Positions 60,245 through 64,000 of a DNA stretch of 64,000 nt are shown here, piece by piece. The stretch spans positions 1 to 64,000 of the forward strand of contig JBPOGI010000006.1 in NCBI GenBank assembly GCA_051251855.1, written 5' to 3'. The notes beneath the pieces are model-generated. The model had not been told where the DNA came from. It worked only from the letters and a program-made list of their open reading frames with translations, and made no database searches. Position numbers and translations under genes: made by a program. Source of the stretch: Roseibacillus sp. Lineage in GTDB: Bacteria > Verrucomicrobiota > Verrucomicrobiia > Verrucomicrobiales > Akkermansiaceae. Position 1 is the stretch's first letter; each line of letters starts with the position of its first letter.

Positions 60245-61738
60245 CTACAGGAGTGCTTGCTTGAGGTCTTTAATGAAGCTTGCGAGTTGGTTCTCTTTTT
60301 CGGCTGGGTCGGGGAGGCGGAGGAGGTAGCTGGGGTGGATGGTGGCGATGACTTTGGGGGCGAGGTGGGGGAGGGGATCGGGTTGGATGCCGCGTTGTTT
60401 GAGGACTTGGAATTTGGAGTCGATGAGGGCTTGGGCGGGGGTGTTGCCGAGGGTGATGATGACGTCGGGTTGGATTTTGAGGATTTCAGCGAGGACCCAG
60501 GGCTTGCAGTGGTGGACTTCTTCTTTGCTGGCTTTGTCGTGGAGACGGCGCTTACCTTGAGGTTTGAATTTGAAGTGTTTGACGGTGTTGGTGAGGTAGA
60601 GTTCCTCTCGGTTGAGGCCGGCTTCTTGGAGGGCTTGGTCGAGGAGCTTTCCGGCGGGGCCGACGAAGGGGCGGCCGGAGATGTCTTCTTGGTCTCCGGG
60701 TTGTTCGCCGATGATCATGATGCGAGCGTCGGGTGGGCCTTCGCCAAAGACGGTTTGGGTGGCGGCGTCGTAAAGGGGGCAGTGACGGCAGGCGGTGGCG
60801 GCTTCGTCGATTTGTTGCAGGGAGAGGTCTTGGGCTTGGGCGAGGGCTTCGATGGGGGCTAGGCCGAGTTGGTCGGTGTCGGGGTGTTGAGCTCCGAGGG
60901 GGGTGTTGGCGGAGACATGAGCGCGGTCGAGATTGGGGCCTTGCTCGACCATATCGATGGCACGGTGAGAGGCGGTGGAGGTGAGCTCGGCGATGAGGGG
61001 GGCTTCCGGGAGGTTTTTCCAATACTTTTTGGGCATCTCGGATTGCATCGCTTTGAGCTTGAGGCGGGCGGGGTTGAAGATGCTGGCATAATAGGTGCGC
61101 CAGTAGTCTTCGAGTTCGTCGACTTTGGGGGCTTGGGAGGAATCGACGCCTTTGGTGAAGGTGAGCTCTTTTCCGTCCCAATGGGCACAGCGGTCGGGGG
61201 TGAGGATGGACCAGTCGAAGGAGGTAAAGCGTTTGGCGAAGAAGGGGGCGGTGAGCTCGACGATGGAGTGGGTGGGCTCGAACCAAGCCACGAACTGCTC
61301 GCGGCCGGTGTCGGGGTGTTCGCCGATTTTGCGAAAGCGGACAAAGGCTTTCATCTTGTGGCGGTCGCGGGAGATTTCTTTGGCGAGAGATTCGAGGCGC
61401 CGAGTGAGAAAGTGTGTTGAGATGCGGAGGAGGTTTTTTTCGCCGTTGTTGATGCGGTAAATGACTTCGTAGAGCAGGGACCATCGTTCGGGGTCGCGGT
61501 GGCAGGCGACGAGGGTGGCGAGTTCGAGGAAGGCTTTGGGAGTGCGGATTTCGGTGAGGTCGCGGGGGTTGTAGTGGGCTTTGGCTTCTTGAACTGATGC
61601 GAGGGAGTCGTTGAAGAGGGAGTTTGTTTGAGTGCCGTCTTCGAAGAGGACTTTGTGGGGCGGGACACGGCCTCGAAGAAGTTCGCGGGCTTGTTCGCGC
61701 CAGGAAGCGAGGTTGGGTTCGATGGAAGCAGGGTGCAT
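60245..61738 (-). CDS. DUF4130/TIGR03915-like domain fused to UdgX-type uracil-DNA binding protein
   Basis: HKMKAFVRF, W..YYASIFNPAR, EMPKKYW; C-terminal CRHC 4Fe-4S, GEQPG, KRRLH R-loop, HPS; ATG at 61738. Confidence 0.9.
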   Translation of the reverse strand: MHPASIEPNLASWREQARELLRGRVPPHKVLFEDGTQTNSLFNDSLASVQEAKAHYNPRDLTEIRTPKAFLELATLVACHRDPERWSLLYEVIYRINNGEKNLLRISTHFLTRRLESLAKEISRDRHKMKAFVRFRKIGEHPDTGREQFVAWFEPTHSIVELTAPFFAKRFTSFDWSILTPDRCAHWDGKELTFTKGVDSSQAPKVDELEDYWRTYYASIFNPARLKLKAMQSEMPKKYWKNLPEAPLIAELTSTASHRAIDMVEQGPNLDRAHVSANTPLGAQHPDTDQLGLAPIEALAQAQDLSLQQIDEAATACRHCPLYDAATQTVFGEGPPDARIMIIGEQPGDQEDISGRPFVGPAGKLLDQALQEAGLNREELYLTNTVKHFKFKPQGKRRLHDKASKEEVHHCKPWVLAEILKIQPDVIITLGNTPAQALIDSKFQVLKQRGIQPDPLPHLAPKVIATIHPSYLLRLPDPAEKENQLASFIKDLKQALL

Positions 61739-61744
61739 GGAAGA

Positions 61745-61839
61745 GGAGAGCGGCTTTGTAAGCCGCTGAGGGTTGGTGTGAGATATGAAAGGACGTTGTT
61801 TTGATCGGGCAGTGGGGTGGCTTGCAAAGCCACGCTCCC
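61745..61839. repeat. 95-bp REPIN-like unit, copy 1
   Basis: Two inverted palindromic REPs (GGAGAGCGGCTTTGTAAGCCGC and GTGGCTTGCAAAGCCACGCTCCC) around a spacer. Confidence 0.85.
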
Positions 61840-61841
61840 GT

Positions 61842-62441
61842 TTATTCTCTTTCGTAGAAGCGGTATTTGGTTGTGGGGAGTCTTTTTGGGTTTCGATGGA
61901 TGTAAGTTTGAGTGGCTTTGAAGTGTGCTTCGTGCCGGATGAGACGGTCCCAGTAGTCAGGTTGCCAGAGAGGGCCTCTTCTCTTTTCCATTTTGTTGAT
62001 TTCTCTGGCGGTGAAGCGTTTCCAAGAATGAATGATATCGGAAAGAGAATGACCTTCGTGGGGTGAGAAAAGAATGTGGATATGGTTCGGCATGACGACA
62101 AAGCTTTGGAGGAGATAGCGCTGGTTGTCGAAGTGGTGTAAAGCGTTAGCTACGATGGCTGAATTTTCAGGTTTTTGCAGAAGGCAGGATCCGTAATTGG
62201 CATCGAGATAAGAATCAATTTTCTCGCTGAAAAGTTGATGGTATTCGGATTCTTGTCTTTCGTTCCTTGGAGGAGGATTGTGGGAAAGCCAGGCTGAGCG
62301 GTGTTCTTGCCATTTGTTCAGTAGTCGGATGGGAAGGGCGTCTGCGAGGCGGAAGGTTACAAAGATCCAGACTTGCTCCTGTTGCCAGTGAGGAAGGTTG
62401 TTCTCGGTTTTTGAGATTGTCTTTTCTGGCTGGTAGAACAT
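61842..62441 (-). CDS. REP-associated tyrosine transposase (RAYT/TnpA-REP, IS200-like Y1 HUH)
   Basis: LPHW, FVTFRLAD, VMPNHIH (HUH), WQ.DYWDR.IR, YI..NP; ATG at 62441; flanked by REP doublets. Confidence 0.88.
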   Translation of the reverse strand: MFYQPEKTISKTENNLPHWQQEQVWIFVTFRLADALPIRLLNKWQEHRSAWLSHNPPPRNERQESEYHQLFSEKIDSYLDANYGSCLLQKPENSAIVANALHHFDNQRYLLQSFVVMPNHIHILFSPHEGHSLSDIIHSWKRFTAREINKMEKRRGPLWQPDYWDRLIRHEAHFKATQTYIHRNPKRLPTTKYRFYERE

Positions 62442-62451
62442 GTGACGAAGG

Positions 62452-62546
62452 GGAGAGCGGCTTTGCAAGCCGCTGAGGGTTGGTGTGAGATATGAAAGGA
62501 CGTTGTTTGAATCTGGCAGTGGGGCGGCTTGCAAAGCCGCGCTCCC
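62452..62546. repeat. 95-bp REPIN-like unit, copy 2
   Basis: Direct repeat of 61745-61839 with six differences by manual count, including a compensatory pair in the palindrome. Confidence 0.85.
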
Positions 62547-62563
62547 GTGAGGGCTCCCGTTAC

Positions 62564-63877
62564 CTAAATTTCACCGGTGGCGGCGCTGAGGGCGATGGCT
62601 TTGGTGGTTTGGGGTGGGCGGTTTTGGGTGAAGTCGAGTTCGAGTTGAGCGGGGGGTGGCAGGAAGAGTTGGCGCAGTTTGTCGCCCTCTAACAAATTGG
62701 GGGCGGGATGGTAGTCGAGGGTGATGAGGAAGGGGCGGCATTTCTTGAGAGAGACGCCGAGGGTTTGCAGGTCTTGGAGACGGAGGGCGTGATGGCGGCG
62801 GCTTTGTAGAATGCGGCTGACGGAGCGGACGCCAATGCCGGGGATTCGGAGGAGGTCGTCTTTGGAGGCGCGGTTGACGTCGATGGGAAAGGAGGTGCGA
62901 TTGCGGAGGGCCCATGAGAGTTTGGGGTCGAGATCGAGGTCGAGGGTGGGGTGTTGCTCGTTGGCGATTTCGGTGACGGAGTAGCCGTAGAATCGGAGGA
63001 GCCAGTCGGCTTGGTAGAGACGGTGCTCGCGAATGAGGGGTGGAGATTTGGCGGGGAGAATGGGGGAGGAGTCGGGGATGGGGCTGTAGGCGGAGTAATA
63101 GACGCGCCGCATTTTGTAACTACTATAAAGGTCGTTGCTACGGTGGAGGATTTGGTGGTCGTTGGCGTCGTCGGCTCCGATAATCATTTGGGTGGATTGA
63201 CCGGCGGGGGAGAAGGCTTTGGGTTTGGCGGCGCGGGAGACGGTTTTGTTGCGGCGGGCTTCTTTGTTTTCTTCGATTCGCATTCGGATGCCGCCCATGG
63301 CTTGACGCGTGCGGCGGAGGTTCTTTTCGGGGGCGAGAGTGGCGAGACTTTCCTGAGTGGGGAGCTCGATGTTGATGCTGATGCGGTCGGCGTATTTGCC
63401 AGCCTGGTCGATGAGCTCTTGGGAGGCTTCGGGGATGGTTTTGAGGTGGATGTAGCCGCGGAAGTGATGGTCTTCGCGCAGGGAGCGGGCAATCTCGTTG
63501 ACTTGCTCCATGGTGTAGTCGGGGTTGCGAATGATGCCGGAGCTGAGGAAGAGGCCTTCGATGTAGTTACGCTTGTAGAAGTCGAGAGTGAGCTTTACCA
63601 CTTCCTGCGGAGTGAAGCGCGCGCGTGGGGTGTCGCTGGAGCGCCGGTTGATGCAGTAGTGGCAGTCGTAAATACAGGCGTTGGTGAGGAGAACCTTGAG
63701 GAGGGAGATGCAGCGTCCGTCGGGGGCGTAGCTGTGGCAGATTCCTGCTCCGCCGGAGGAGCCGAGGGCTTTAGAATTCTTTCCCGAGGAGTCTCGCTTG
63801 TCGGTGCCGCTACTGGCGCAGGAGGCGTCGTATTTGGCGGCGTCGGCGAGAATAGAGAGCTTTTTTTGGAGGGTCAA
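62564..63877 (-). CDS. Putative DNA modification/repair radical SAM protein (TIGR03916-like)
   Basis: AKYDASC.SSG, GICHS..PDGRCISLLK, CIYDCHYC, REHRLYQADWL.RFYG, HhH LLRIPGIG. Confidence 0.93.
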   Translation of the reverse strand: MTLQKKLSILADAAKYDASCASSGTDKRDSSGKNSKALGSSGGAGICHSYAPDGRCISLLKVLLTNACIYDCHYCINRRSSDTPRARFTPQEVVKLTLDFYKRNYIEGLFLSSGIIRNPDYTMEQVNEIARSLREDHHFRGYIHLKTIPEASQELIDQAGKYADRISINIELPTQESLATLAPEKNLRRTRQAMGGIRMRIEENKEARRNKTVSRAAKPKAFSPAGQSTQMIIGADDANDHQILHRSNDLYSSYKMRRVYYSAYSPIPDSSPILPAKSPPLIREHRLYQADWLLRFYGYSVTEIANEQHPTLDLDLDPKLSWALRNRTSFPIDVNRASKDDLLRIPGIGVRSVSRILQSRRHHALRLQDLQTLGVSLKKCRPFLITLDYHPAPNLLEGDKLRQLFLPPPAQLELDFTQNRPPQTTKAIALSAATGEI

Positions 63878-63890
63878 AAGAAAGGAAAGT

Positions 63891-63904
63891 TGTTACCATG
63901 AACA
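63891..63904. promoter_or_regulatory. Candidate LexA (SOS) box
   Basis: TGTTACCATGAACA is one mismatch from the Verrucomicrobia LexA consensus TGTTC-N4-GAACA and lies 13 nt upstream of the radical SAM start. Confidence 0.6.
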
Positions 63905-64000
63905 ATGTTCTTTTGAGGTGGGAATGCAAGTCTGAATTCGTTCTGCTTCTTGAAATCAGTGTCTTGCTAGGACCGAGGAAGAGCGTAGGAGTGTCGTTGT

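Noticed and set aside
61739..62534. N-terminal extensions of ORFs 60245-62101 and 61842-62534 in the ORF track
   Set aside because: The extensions read through the REPIN repeats (and the RAYT gene in the first case). Starts at 61738 and 62441 match the domain boundaries.

Overview
Bacterial chromosomal window, most likely Verrucomicrobiota. This is inferred from a PEP-CTERM protein, a Verru_Chthon-cassette-A-like giant pilin, DUF7133/cytochrome c genes, DapL and a near-match Verrucomicrobia-type LexA box. Positions 1-3.3 kb are the distal end of an integron-type gene-cassette array. It has five ~128-129 bp attC-like sites with cassette-chained core boxes, one degenerate site, and no integrase in the window. 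One cassette has no ORF and appears to fold into a long G·U-rich rod on the + strand only, making it a candidate ncRNA cassette. The attC loops also keep a promoter-like motif. The rest is mostly housekeeping (ffh, degP, coaB/coaC, gmk, trmB, comEC, asd, holA, dapL, yebC, gltA). Accessory features include three tandem micro-lipoproteins (two absent from the ORF track, one over-extended there), a glycan-modification pair, an ankyrin/L,D-transpeptidase fusion, several REP/MITE-like elements, and a 25-bp direct repeat suggesting an insertion at the 3' end of a SNF2 gene. At the far end, a REP-associated tyrosine transposase flanked by 95-bp direct repeats splits a radical-SAM/UdgX repair operon that has a candidate SOS box. 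All product calls come from motif recognition by eye; no database searches were run.
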